NCBI GenBank assembly: GCA_963785275.1
Contig: CAWAUY010000004.1
Coordinates: forward strand, 477,782-541,781
Length of the DNA: 64,000 nt
Source: Candidatus Sulfomarinibacteraceae bacterium
GTDB taxonomy: Bacteria > Acidobacteriota > Thermoanaerobaculia > Thermoanaerobaculales > Sulfomarinibacteraceae
Direction: 5' to 3'
Position 1 is the first letter of the stretch. The number at the start of each line of letters is the position of its first letter. Both the position numbers and the translations under genes were made by a program. This document shows, one piece after another, positions 10,243 to 19,301 of the stretch. Under the pieces are notes generated by a model. That model saw only the letters and a list, made by a program, of their open reading frames with translations, had not been told where the DNA came from and made no database searches.

Positions 10243-10659
10243 GTGCCTGGAATCCGGTCACCACGTCTGAAAGGGGCCCCATTCCAATTGGGAGAATGGC
10301 TTGTGGACCCGTCGCTGAGCCGAATCTGTCGAGGCGACAACGTGGTCCATCTCGAAATTCGGGTGATGGATGTCCTCGTGTGCCTCGCCGAGCACGCGAC
10401 CAATCTGGTGACCCGCCAGCAGCTGATCGAGGAGGTCTGGGCAGCCACCCCGATCTCGGACAACACGCTGACGAGAGCCATCTCCGATGTGCGGGGTGCG
10501 CTTAAAGACCCTGCCCGGCACCCCTCGTACATCGAGACGATCCATCGGCGGGGCTATCGGATGCTGCAAATCCCACATCCGCAAGGGTCCGACCGGCAGC
10601 AATCCTGGTCCGCGCGAGATAAGGTCTGGTCGACAACCCTCGATCGAATTCGCAACTAA
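10243..10659 (+). CDS. CadC/OmpR-type winged-helix regulator, paralogue of the preceding gene without FHA
   Basis: GTG start. FQLGEWLVDPSLSRICRGDNVVHLEIRVMDVLVCLAEHATNLVTRQQLIEEVW...YIETIHRRGYRML aligns residue for residue with the N-terminal domain of 9324..10049. Confidence 0.7.
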   Translation: MPGIRSPRLKGAPFQLGEWLVDPSLSRICRGDNVVHLEIRVMDVLVCLAEHATNLVTRQQLIEEVWAATPISDNTLTRAISDVRGALKDPARHPSYIETIHRRGYRMLQIPHPQGSDRQQSWSARDKVWSTTLDRIRN

Positions 10660-10879
10660 AGCGTAACCGCCAATCATGCGGCCATGTCCTTTGTCAGCGA
10701 AGCTCACCACCACGCCGGTCTCACCGAAATGCCGAACGACGTTGTGCGAGATCGGCACGATGATCATCGAGGCGCTCGTTCTCGGCTCGCCGCTCAACCT
10801 TGTTTCTGGCGCCACCACAAAAATGCTGAAACCCCCGACTCTGCTACAGTTCTCCCACTGATTGCGCGGAGGTTGGTGC

Positions 10880-12271
10880 ATGGCTCTCTTCGAGGGCAAA
10901 CCGATGTCGAACGTGGATGCGGCGTGGCTCCACATGGAGGACCCCACCAACCTGATGTTGATTACCGGGGTGATGTCCTTTTACGAGAAGCTCGACTACG
11001 GCGACCTCAAGGAATTGATCGAAGACCGGCTGTTGCCTTTTGAACGGTTTCGCAAAAAGGTCGCCGTGTCAGCCATTCCCGGGGTGGGACCGCGCTGGGT
11101 CACCGACAAGAACTTCAATCTCCATTCGCACCTGCAGCGGGTGGCCCTTCCCGATCCCGGCGGCCAGGATGAGCTCCAGGAGATGGTCAGCACCCTGATG
11201 AGCACACCGCTCGACATGACCAAACCGCTGTGGCAGTTCCTGTACATCGAGAATTACCGCGGCGGCAGCGCGGTGGTGGTGCGGATCCACCACTGCATCG
11301 CGGACGGCATCGCGCTGGTGCGGGTGATGCTCGGAATGACCGACGACTCGCCCAAGGGCGCACCCCACTCCCGACGCACACGACGGCGGCGGCGCCCCCT
11401 CGGGGGCGGCTACTGGCTGCCGGAAGTGGTCAACGAGGCGGTGTATTCGGTCGGCCGCATCACCGGCCGCATGGTCGACAAGACGGTGGACACGCTCTCC
11501 AATCCAGCGAAAGCAGCCCACCTGGTGGCCGAGGGTGGCAAAGGCGCGCAGGTGCTGGCGCGTCTGGCCACCATGCCCGCCGACCCGGACAGCCTGTTCA
11601 AGGGCACGCTGTGCACACGCAAGCTGTGCGCGTGGTCAAAGATCATGCCGCTCGACGAGGTCAAGGCCTTTTCGAAGGCCAACGGCGCGACCATCAACGA
11701 CGTGCTCTTGACCGGGGTGACGGGGGCGTTGCGCCGCTACATGATCGGCCGCAAGGTCGACGTCGACGGCGTCGACATCCGTGCGGTGGTGCCGGTCAAC
11801 CTTCGGCCGGAATCCGACATCGTCAAGCTCGGCAACCGCTTCGGACTGGTGTTTCTGGCTCTGCCGATCGGCATTGCCGACCGCGGCAAACGGTTGATCG
11901 AGCTCAAAAACCGGATGGACGCGATCAAGAAATCGTCCGAGCCCATGGTCATCTACGGTCTGCTCAACGCCGTCGGGATCACCGGTCCCAAGATCGAGAG
12001 CCTGGCCCTCAAGCTCTTCGGATCCAAGGCGACGGCGGTGATGACCAACGTCCCCGGCCCCCGCGAGGAGATTTATCTCGCCGGTAAGGCGATGCGGAGC
12101 ATGATGTTCTGGGTGCCGCAGTCGGCCAAGCTCGGACTCGGGGTGAGCATCCTCAGCTATGCCGGCCAGGTGCGACTCGGCGTCGCCACCGATGCCGGCC
12201 TTGCCCCGGACCCCGAGACCATCATCGAGGCCTTCCAGGAGGAGATGGCGCAGATGATGACCGCGGTTTAA
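10880..12271 (+). CDS. wax ester synthase / diacylglycerol acyltransferase (WS/DGAT) family
   Basis: ggaggt RBS. MSNVDAAWLHMEDPTNLMLI and the catalytic HHCIADG (HHxxxDG) motif are present. The ORF is an intact 463 aa. Confidence 0.85.
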   Translation: MALFEGKPMSNVDAAWLHMEDPTNLMLITGVMSFYEKLDYGDLKELIEDRLLPFERFRKKVAVSAIPGVGPRWVTDKNFNLHSHLQRVALPDPGGQDELQEMVSTLMSTPLDMTKPLWQFLYIENYRGGSAVVVRIHHCIADGIALVRVMLGMTDDSPKGAPHSRRTRRRRRPLGGGYWLPEVVNEAVYSVGRITGRMVDKTVDTLSNPAKAAHLVAEGGKGAQVLARLATMPADPDSLFKGTLCTRKLCAWSKIMPLDEVKAFSKANGATINDVLLTGVTGALRRYMIGRKVDVDGVDIRAVVPVNLRPESDIVKLGNRFGLVFLALPIGIADRGKRLIELKNRMDAIKKSSEPMVIYGLLNAVGITGPKIESLALKLFGSKATAVMTNVPGPREEIYLAGKAMRSMMFWVPQSAKLGLGVSILSYAGQVRLGVATDAGLAPDPETIIEAFQEEMAQMMTAV

Positions 12272-12317
12272 TTTTTAGTTTTCGGCCCTCTCCCTGTACT
12301 GAAAGAAAGCCCGGATT

Positions 12318-12600
12318 CGTGCCGTCTGCGGCGGAGGTGCCCCGGAACCGCGTGCGGATACGTGCCGCCTGCGGCGGAGGTGCCACTTTCAATATTGTTG
12401 GATTTACCAATGCCTGCGTCGGAAGGCTGCCTCGGGCCAACAATGTTGAGGGTGGCTCCTCTCGGGAAGCGCGATGTGAAAGCCGGGCTCGCTGGAACGC
12501 CGGAGAAAGTGAAGCCTCTTCCCTGCAAGAGATTTCTCCACTCGCTTCCGGCTTCGCCTTCGGCTACGCCGTGACAAGCCGCTCGGTCGAAATGAAAGTC
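12318..12600. repeat. composite structured interspersed repeat, copy 1
   Basis: Tandem units cgtgccgYctgcggcggaggtgcc(ccggaaccgcgtgcggata). Then a hairpin caatattgttgg(12390-12401)/ccaacaatgttg(12437-12448), then tggctcctctcggg...gagatttctccactcgc...ctcggtcgaaatga. Homologous copies lie at 34598-34840 and 44190-44371. Confidence 0.7.
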
Positions 12601-12631
12601 CTTAAAATTCGAACATGATAAGGAGCGGAGT

Positions 12632-12695
12632 CTCTCCTGCTCTCCTGCTCTCCTGCTCTCCTGCTCTCCTGCTCCCCTGCTCCCCTGCTCCCCTG
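12632..12695. repeat. octamer microsatellite: 5 x CTCTCCTG then 3 x CTCCCCTG
   Basis: Perfect tandem array read directly. It ends 1 nt from the ogt stop codon (cta 12697-12699). On the ogt strand the units read CAGGGGAG/CAGGAGAG. Confidence 0.9.
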
Positions 12696-12696
12696 C

Positions 12697-13182
12697 CTAG
12701 AATCCGAGGTTCTGTTGGCCGGATTCGTGAGCGAGGAGCCACCGCTTCCGGTGCAGGCCGCCCGCATAACCGGTGAGATCGCCGTCGCCGCCGATCACCC
12801 GGTGGCACGGAATGATGATGGCGATCGGGTTGCGGGCGTTGGCCAAGCCAACCGCACGGCTCGCCCCGATGTCGCCGAGGCGGCCGGCGATGGCGCCATA
12901 GGTGTCGGTTGAGCCGAATGGAATGTTGACCAGTTCCTTCCACACCCGTTTTTCAAATTCGGTGCCGTCGGGCGCGAGAATCAGATCGAATTCCCGGCGC
13001 GCCCCGGCGAAGTACTCTTCAAGCTGCTTCGCCGCCGTGAGGGCCAGGTCATCCTGGTCGCCTTCAATGACGCTGTCGTCGACAAACGCCACCGCCACTA
13101 CGGCGCTGTGAGGATTGACGATGACGCGCACTCCGCCGATCGGGGTCTGGATCTGTGCCTGGAGCACGGGACCGCCCGTCAC
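12697..13182 (-). CDS. ogt: methylated-DNA-protein-cysteine methyltransferase
   Basis: VWKELVNIPFGSTDTYGAIA...RAVGLANARNPIAIIIPCHRVIG..GDLTGYAGG shows the PCHRV active site. A GTG at 13182 gives about 161 aa. The longer ORF to 13464 runs through repeat DNA. Confidence 0.85.
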   Translation of the reverse strand: MTGGPVLQAQIQTPIGGVRVIVNPHSAVVAVAFVDDSVIEGDQDDLALTAAKQLEEYFAGARREFDLILAPDGTEFEKRVWKELVNIPFGSTDTYGAIAGRLGDIGASRAVGLANARNPIAIIIPCHRVIGGDGDLTGYAGGLHRKRWLLAHESGQQNLGF

Positions 13183-13368
13183 GCTTCGGCGGGCTTGTAG
13201 ACCGCCGCGAGGATCACCCCGCAGATGACGCACCCGAGCGCAAAACGATTGCCGTTCAAGTTCTCTCCCCTTTCGATTTTCCGGACAATTTGTTGAGACG
13301 GAGTCTAGCATGATCATCTGTTGATCAATGCATTCGGAGTCGGCAGGACAGGCAACGCGGGACAGGTT

Positions 13369-13457
13369 CTGTCGCCCCTCCGGGGCTTTTTCATTTTTGA
13401 GCTTCCGATTACCGGGGCTCACGCCCCGGCCTAATGTTTTGTCGCCGCTCCGCGGCT
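13369..13457. repeat. second interspersed repeat family, copy 1
   Basis: ctgtcgcccctccggggct...ccggggctcacgccccgg...tgtcgccgctccgcggct is homologous to 34493-34580. The inner hairpin differs by a compensatory pair (ccggggc/gccccgg versus ctggggc/gccccag). Confidence 0.7.
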
Positions 13458-13534
13458 TTACCACGAGAAGCCGCCTTCTGTGAGGAGCAGGCCGCGGAGG
13501 GACGGCAGAATCGGCGTCGCCCTATACTCAGTTG

Positions 13535-15601
13535 GTGAGCTAAGATTTTCACCACCGCTTGCCCGCGGAATTGTTACTCGACGTGTGGGATGCGGGTGAC
13601 GGTAGAGGATGGGCGTCTTTGCTCGATCGAGGCCCATCCCGGCAACGCCGCCACCCCGAGGGTGTCTGTCTCAAGGGGCTGTCCTACATCGAGCGGGTCT
13701 ACGACCCCGACCGGCTCCTCCACCCCCTCCAACGCACCGCGGGTGGCGGCTTCGAACGGATCTCGTGGGACGCAGCCCTCGACAGGATCACCTCCGAACT
13801 CGCCACGGTTCGCGAGAAGATCGGACCCCGCAGCGTCTTCTTCTACGAGGCAGCGGCACCAAGGGGCTGATGAACCGGCTCGCGAGCGATTTCTGGCGGC
13901 TCTTCGGCGGCTGCACGACCACCTACGGCGATCTCTGCTGGCCGGCGGGGCTCGAGGCCACGCGGCTTGACCCTCGGCGACAACAGACACAGCCGTCCCT
14001 GGGACCTCGCCAACGCCCGCCTCATCATCTTCTGGGGCAAGAACCCCGCCGAAACCAACATCCACCAGATGCGTTTCGTCGAGCAGGCGGTGGACCGGGG
14101 CGCTCGGGTCGTGGTCATCGACCCGCGGCGAACCCAGTCGGCGGAAGGCGCCGAGCTGCTGGTCCAGATCCGTCCGGGCACCGACTGGCGCGCTCGCCCT
14201 CGGCATCGCCCACCTGCTGATCGAGAGGGCGGCGATCAACGGAGCGTTCATCGACGACCACGTCCACGGTTTCGCGGAGTTCGCCGCGATGGTCCGGGCT
14301 TACACCGCCCGACCGGGTCGCCGAGATCACCGACGTCCCGCAGGAGGTTGATCGAGCGGCTGGCGACGATGATCGGCGACGTTGCGCCGCTCACCATCTG
14401 CGCCGGATTACGGGATGCAGCGCTACACCAACTCGGGCCAGACGATGCGCGCCCTCATCGCCCTGCTCGCGATCACCGGCAACCTCGGCAAGCCGGGCGC
14501 CGGCTGGGTCTATGCCAACCTGCAGAGCCACATCTTCTCGGCCGTCAAGGACCCGCTCGCTCTCTACCCGCCGGCGGAGCGACGACGACCCCATCCGGGT
14601 GTCGGTTTCGACGGCGCGGCTCGGCCCCGCCATGCTGGAACAGAGCGATCCGCCCCTCAAGGTGGCCTGGGTCGAGCGCGGCAACCCGGTCACCCAGAAC
14701 CCGCAGACAGGCGACCGTCCTCGAGGCATTCCGCGCTCTCGACTTCCGCGTCGTGGTCGACCAGTTCCTCACCGACACCGCGCGCGAGGCCGACATCGTC
14801 CTGCCGGCCAAGACCATGTTCGAACAGACCGACGTCATCAACGCCTATTGGCACCCCTACATCCAGATCAAGGAAAAAGTGATCGAACCGCCGGGCGAGG
14901 TGCGGCCAGAATCCGAGATCTACCGGGAACTGGCCGAGCGGTTGGGAATCCCGAAGAATCCGAGATCGATGCAGTTCTTTCCCGGCGCCCGGACGACGCA
15001 GGGGTCGAGGCCTGGCTCGAGGAGCGGCTGGCGCCGTTTCCCGAGCTCTCACTGGAGCGGCTCCGCGAGGGCCCGGTGATGGCGCCCGGCACCCAGGAGG
15101 TGGCGTGGTCGGATCTCGTCTTCCCCACCCCATCGGGCAAGATCGAGCTTGTTCTGCAGCGAGGCGAGCGAGCGTTGGGGCAGCGACCCCCTGCCGGTAT
15201 TTGTCGCACCGCGAGGAATCGCCCGTCGCCACGGCGACGACGGAAATATCCCGCTGCAGATTCTGACACCCAACACCAAGAACCGCATCCACTCGCAGTT
15301 CGGAAACCTCCCGTCGATCCGCGCCCTCGACCCAAAACCGCTGGTGCAGCTCAGCCCGCCCGATGCCGACGCCGCGGAATCGCCGACGGCGACCGCGTGC
15401 GGATCTTCAACGACCGCGGCAGCGTCGAGATCGAGGCAGGCCATCGACCACAGCCTGCGGCCGGGTTGCGTGGTGGTCCACAACGGGTGGTGGCTGTCGG
15501 AGGGTGGCGGCATCAACCGGCTGTCGGCTGCCCGCGAGACCGACATGGGGCACGGTGCCGCCTTTCACGACAACGCGGTCGAGGTGGAGCGGCTCGGGTG
15601 A
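13535..15601 (+). CDS. molybdopterin (bis-MGD) oxidoreductase catalytic subunit, DMSO-reductase superfamily; at least 13 frame changes
   Basis: TTACPRNCYSTCGMRVTVEDGRL is the N-terminal Cys cluster. Following it: VCLKGLSYIERVYDPDRLLHPL, IIFWGKNPAETNIHQ, VVVIDPRRT, GMQRYTNSGQTMRALIALLAITGNLGKPGAGW, DIVLPAKTMFEQTDV, LQILTPNTKNRIHSQF and VVVHNGWW..GGINRL. These are spread over ORFs 13590, 13559, 13609, 13967, 14382, 14512 and 15149. A GTG at 13535 needs one indel to join. Confidence 0.8.
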
Positions 15602-16143
15602 CGCAGCGCGGATTCGTTCTCGACCTCGATCGCTGCACGGGTTGCGGCGCGTGCGTCGTCGCGTGCACCAACGAAAACTCCCCCACCGACGGCATCGCGT
15701 GGCGCAGCGATCACCACCTTCAACCGGCAGCGGCTGCCGGACGCGCCGGTCTTCCACTACTCGCTGGCCTGCAACCACTGTCTTGATCCGGCCTGCATGG
15801 AGGGGTGCCCCGCGGACGCCTACACCAAGGACCCCGCCACCGGCGCCGTCCTCATCGACCGGGACCGCTGCATCGGTTGCCGCTACTGCGCCTGGGTCTG
15901 CCCGTACGACGCGCCGCGATTCGACGCTGTCGACCGGCGTGATGGAGAAATGCACCTTCTGCGACCACCGATTGGCGGACGGGCTGGAACCGGCGTGCGT
16001 TGTCGCCTGCCCGGTGGAGGCGCTCGCATTCGAATCCGTCGAGGCCCCGCCCGCCATCGTCGCGCGCGGGATTCCCCGAGACCGGTCTGCGCCCCGCCCT
16101 CAGGGTCGTCGGCGATCGGCGGCACTGCGCCGCCCCGAAATGA
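15598..16143 (+). CDS. 4Fe-4S dicluster subunit (DmsB/PsrB/NrfC-like); frameshifted
   Basis: The GTG overlaps the alpha-subunit stop (GTGA). CTGCGACVVAC, LACNHCLDPACMEGCP, CIGCRYCAWVCPYDAP and KCTFCDHRL..GLEPACVVACP give four Cys clusters. A stop TGA at 16141-16143 overlaps the next ATG. Confidence 0.75.
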
Positions 16144-16925
16144 CGGCGGCACCGCGACCCGGACGCGTCGCCGCAAGACGCCGATCGCTCGGCTGGAGGG
16201 CCTTCCGAGACGAGTGGTCTTTATGGGCATTCTCCTCGATCATCACGCTTCCTGGTGGCCTGGTTCACCGCGGCTACGGCCGCACGGAGCGCAAGGTCTC
16301 GCTGCCCGTGTTCGCGGCGGCCGGCGCCGTCGCCCTGGTGGTCAGCGCCCTCCACCTCGGGCGGCCGGCCCGCGCCTGGCGCGGCCTCCTCAACTGGAGG
16401 CGATCGTGGATCAGCCGCGAGGCGCTGCTGGTGACCTTGTTCCTGGCCGCGGCGTGCGGCTGTCACGTGTTTTCGGCATCGACCTCGTCAGTCGCTGCAT
16501 GGGCCACTGCCGTCATCGGGATTCGCCGCGCTTTTCGCCATGGACATGGTCTACCGGGTGCCTGGATCGTCAGTGCCCGACGGTGCCCCACAGCGCCATG
16601 GCGACTCTCACCGCAGCCTTCTATCTGGGACTGATGCTCGCCGCCCCGGTGTTGGCAGTGCCGGCGGCAAGTCGCCAAGCTCGGGCTCTACCTCGTCGCG
16701 CCGAGAGCGATTGGCGGCCGTCGGCGGTCTCTCTCGCGACAGTTCGGGTTGTCGTGGGTCTCGTCCTCCCATCAGCGTTTCTGGTTGTCGGAGGGTGGCC
16801 AGCCTGGCTCCCGGTGGCACTGGCCGCCGCCGGCGAACTGATCGACCGCGCCGAGTTCTACGCCGGGCTCGAAGTTCCTCACCCCCGAAATCCAGATCTA
16901 CCGCGACCTCACGCATCGAAATTGA
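16140..16925 (+). CDS. DmsC-like membrane anchor subunit; frameshifted
   Basis: EWSLWAFSSI..., ALHLGRPARAWRGLLNWRRSWISREALL and ELIDRAEFYAG are typical of DMSO-reductase anchor subunits. The end is inferred from a frame giving ...IYRDLTHRN*. Confidence 0.6.
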
Positions 16926-17002
16926 TCGCCGGGCACGCAACTGGCACGCGGGACGCGCTGCCCCACAAGGGCTTTCCGCAGCGTCCGATATGTGGGGCAG
17001 CC

Positions 17003-17038
<36 letters not shown>

Positions 17039-17082
17039 TCTCGTCGCGTATTCTTGATACCATCTCCCCAAGGAGCACCACC

Positions 17083-18219
17083 ATGGTCATCGAGTTCAGC
17101 GACCGCCAGCGGACCACCATCGCCGCCGCCGTTACCATCCTGTCGGCGGTGGTCATTATCCTCGCCATCGGCACCCTGTTCTGGATCGTCGGCGCGTTCT
17201 TCGTCAAGTTCTCGGGCATCTTCCTGCCTCTCGCGGTGGCAGCGGTTGCGGCCCTGGTGGTCAAACCCTATTACGAGGCCATCCGGAAGCGGCTCAAACT
17301 CGGCAAGGTGCCGGCGCTGATCGTCGGTCTTTCTCTCGGTCATCATTCCGATCGCCGCGCTCGGGTGGTTCTTCGGTGACCTCCTGTTCGAGCAGGTCAA
17401 GGGTCTGGTGCAGTCGATCCCGACATGGTGGAACGCGTCCGTCACAGTGGGTGCAGGCCAAAGCGCCGGCGCTGCATGCAGCTCTACACCGATACCGAGG
17501 TCGGCCAGGCCATCAGCAGCGCGGTCGAGGGCAAGGGTGATGCCATGGTGGATATCGTCCAGTACCTGGGTCAGACGGGCGGTGTCGGCCGGGGCCGGGG
17601 TCCTGTCGGGGGTCGCGGCGCTGCTCTTCTGGGTCGTGTCGCCAATCTACTTCGCCTTTTTCCTCATGGCCGACACCTCGAAAATCGACAAACTCGAACG
17701 CCATATCCCATTCCTCAAGGCCGAGACCAGCAAGGACGTGGTCTACCTCTTCCAGGAGTTCCTCAACATCATCGTCGCCTTCTTCCGCGGCCAGCTCATC
17801 ATCGCCTTCCTCCAGGGTCTGCTGTTTGCCATCGGATTCACCCTCGTCGGCCTCAAGTACGGCTTCGTCATCGGGCTGACCCTCGGGCTTCCTCAACATC
17901 GTGCCCTACCTGGGCAACATCCTCGGTCTCGGCACCGCGCTGCCGTTGGCGTTCTTCCAGGACGGCGGCGGCATGATGCGCGTCCTCGCTCGTGCTCGTC
18001 GTGTTCGCCTGCGTGCAATCGATCGAGGGCTACTTCCTGACCCCCAAGATCATGGGCGACCGCACCGGGCTCCACCCGATGGTGATCATCCTCGCCGTCT
18101 TCTTCTGGGGCGCGGCCCTCAACGGCATCATGGGGATGGTCCTCGCCATCCCGCTGACGGCGTTTCTGGTGGTCTTCTGGCGGCTGGCGCAGGAGAAATA
18201 CATGCCCGAACTCGTTTGA
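17083..18219 (+). CDS. AI-2E family transporter (PerM/UPF0118); several frameshifts
   Basis: aaggag [15 protein letters not shown]..., [44 protein letters not shown] and [49 protein letters not shown] are pieced from ORFs 16540, 17408, 17901 and 17992. Confidence 0.8.
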
Positions 18220-18231
18220 AGTTCCCTGAAG

Positions 18232-18252
18232 GTGCGGCCGTCCCGGCCGCAC
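18232..18252. terminator. hairpin between convergent genes
   Basis: gtgcggccg-tcc-cggccgcac gives a 9-bp stem between the AI-2E stop (18219) and the C-N hydrolase stop (18254). Confidence 0.4.
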
Positions 18253-18253
18253 G

Positions 18254-19119
18254 TCAGGCAAGACGTCCTGCTCGCACAAAGTTTCCCGAGAACTGACTTC
18301 CGGACGAGCCAGTCGCGTAGAGCTCGGGCCGGCGGTCGCGGAGAAAGAGCTTCCTGGCGTGGCTCGCCGCCGCCTCGGCGAGATCGATGTCAGCAAAGAG
18401 GATGTGGTCCTCGCCAAGTGGCGCCCGCGCGACGACCCGGCCGTCGGGGGCGCAGACAAAGCACTCGCCCGCGAAATCCAGACACTCCTCCTCGCCGACA
18501 CGGTTGCAGAGGGCGGTGAAGTAGCCGTTCTGGAAGGCCGCCACCCGCATCTCCGCCTCGTACAACCCTCGGGCCACTCCCCGACCGCCCCGGCCTGCGG
18601 CACCACCACCAGTTCGGCCCCGGCCAGCGCCAGGGCGCGCATGTACTCCGGGATAGTGGCGGTCGTAGCAGATCGACACGCCGATCCGGCCGACCCGGGT
18701 CTCGAAAGACCGGCGCGCCGGTGTCGCCCGGCGCGTAGTAGCCCTGCTCGTGGAAGCAGGCGTAGTCGGTGATGTGGACCATCCGCGTCCTGCCGAGCAG
18801 GGTGCCGTCGGCATCGATCACCGGCGAGCAGTCGTAGCAGCGATCGCCGTCGCGTTCGTAGAGGTTGAGCACGACCACGACGCCGAGCTCGGCGGCGCGC
18901 GCCGCAAAAGCCTCGGTGATGGGTCCCGGGACCTCTCGGCCAGGTCCTGCGGGACGATCGCCCGCGGGACTTTGCGGGTAGAAGGGCTCGAAGGCGAGCT
19001 CGGCGAAGCACACCAATTCCGCGCCGTCCCTGCGGCCGCCGCCTCCAGCGCCTCGAGACCGCGTCGGAGATTGTCGTCGCGGTCGTGGTGGCGTGCTGCT
19101 GAACCAGGGCCAGGCGCAT
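18254..19119 (-). CDS. carbon-nitrogen hydrolase (nitrilase superfamily); frameshifted
   Basis: gaggagga RBS. MRLALVQQ..., CFAELAF, DGTLLGRTRMVHITD, FETRVGRIGVSICYDRHYP (Cys motif) and MRVAAFQNGYF are spread over ORFs 17893, 18390 and 18254. The expected catalytic Lys position reads Met (TRMVH). Confidence 0.75.
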
Positions 19120-19301
19120 CGATCCTCCTCTTCAGTTTTTTTCCGCGTGGAGATGCCCACGAAGGCATCACCAGCGTCGCCTACACCGTTGAGACCCACT
19201 CTCCCGAACCGAGGCTGCAACCTTCCTATTCGCACAGTCGTGCCTCTGCTCACCGAGTCCTCCGATGCAACTATTCTCTTTCGTTCGCGTGTGACCACAG
19301 A

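Noticed and set aside
12632-12695. CRISPR array interpretation of the tandem repeats at 12632 and 17003
   Set aside because: The units are 7-8 nt and directly abutting with no spacers. There are no cas genes. These are microsatellites.
13535-15601. Programmed ribosomal frameshifting or selenocysteine recoding to explain the broken Mo-oxidoreductase
   Set aside because: There are at least 13 frame changes in both directions, without slippery-site or stimulator patterns. The same breakage affects unrelated neighbouring genes. Homopolymer indels are the simpler explanation.
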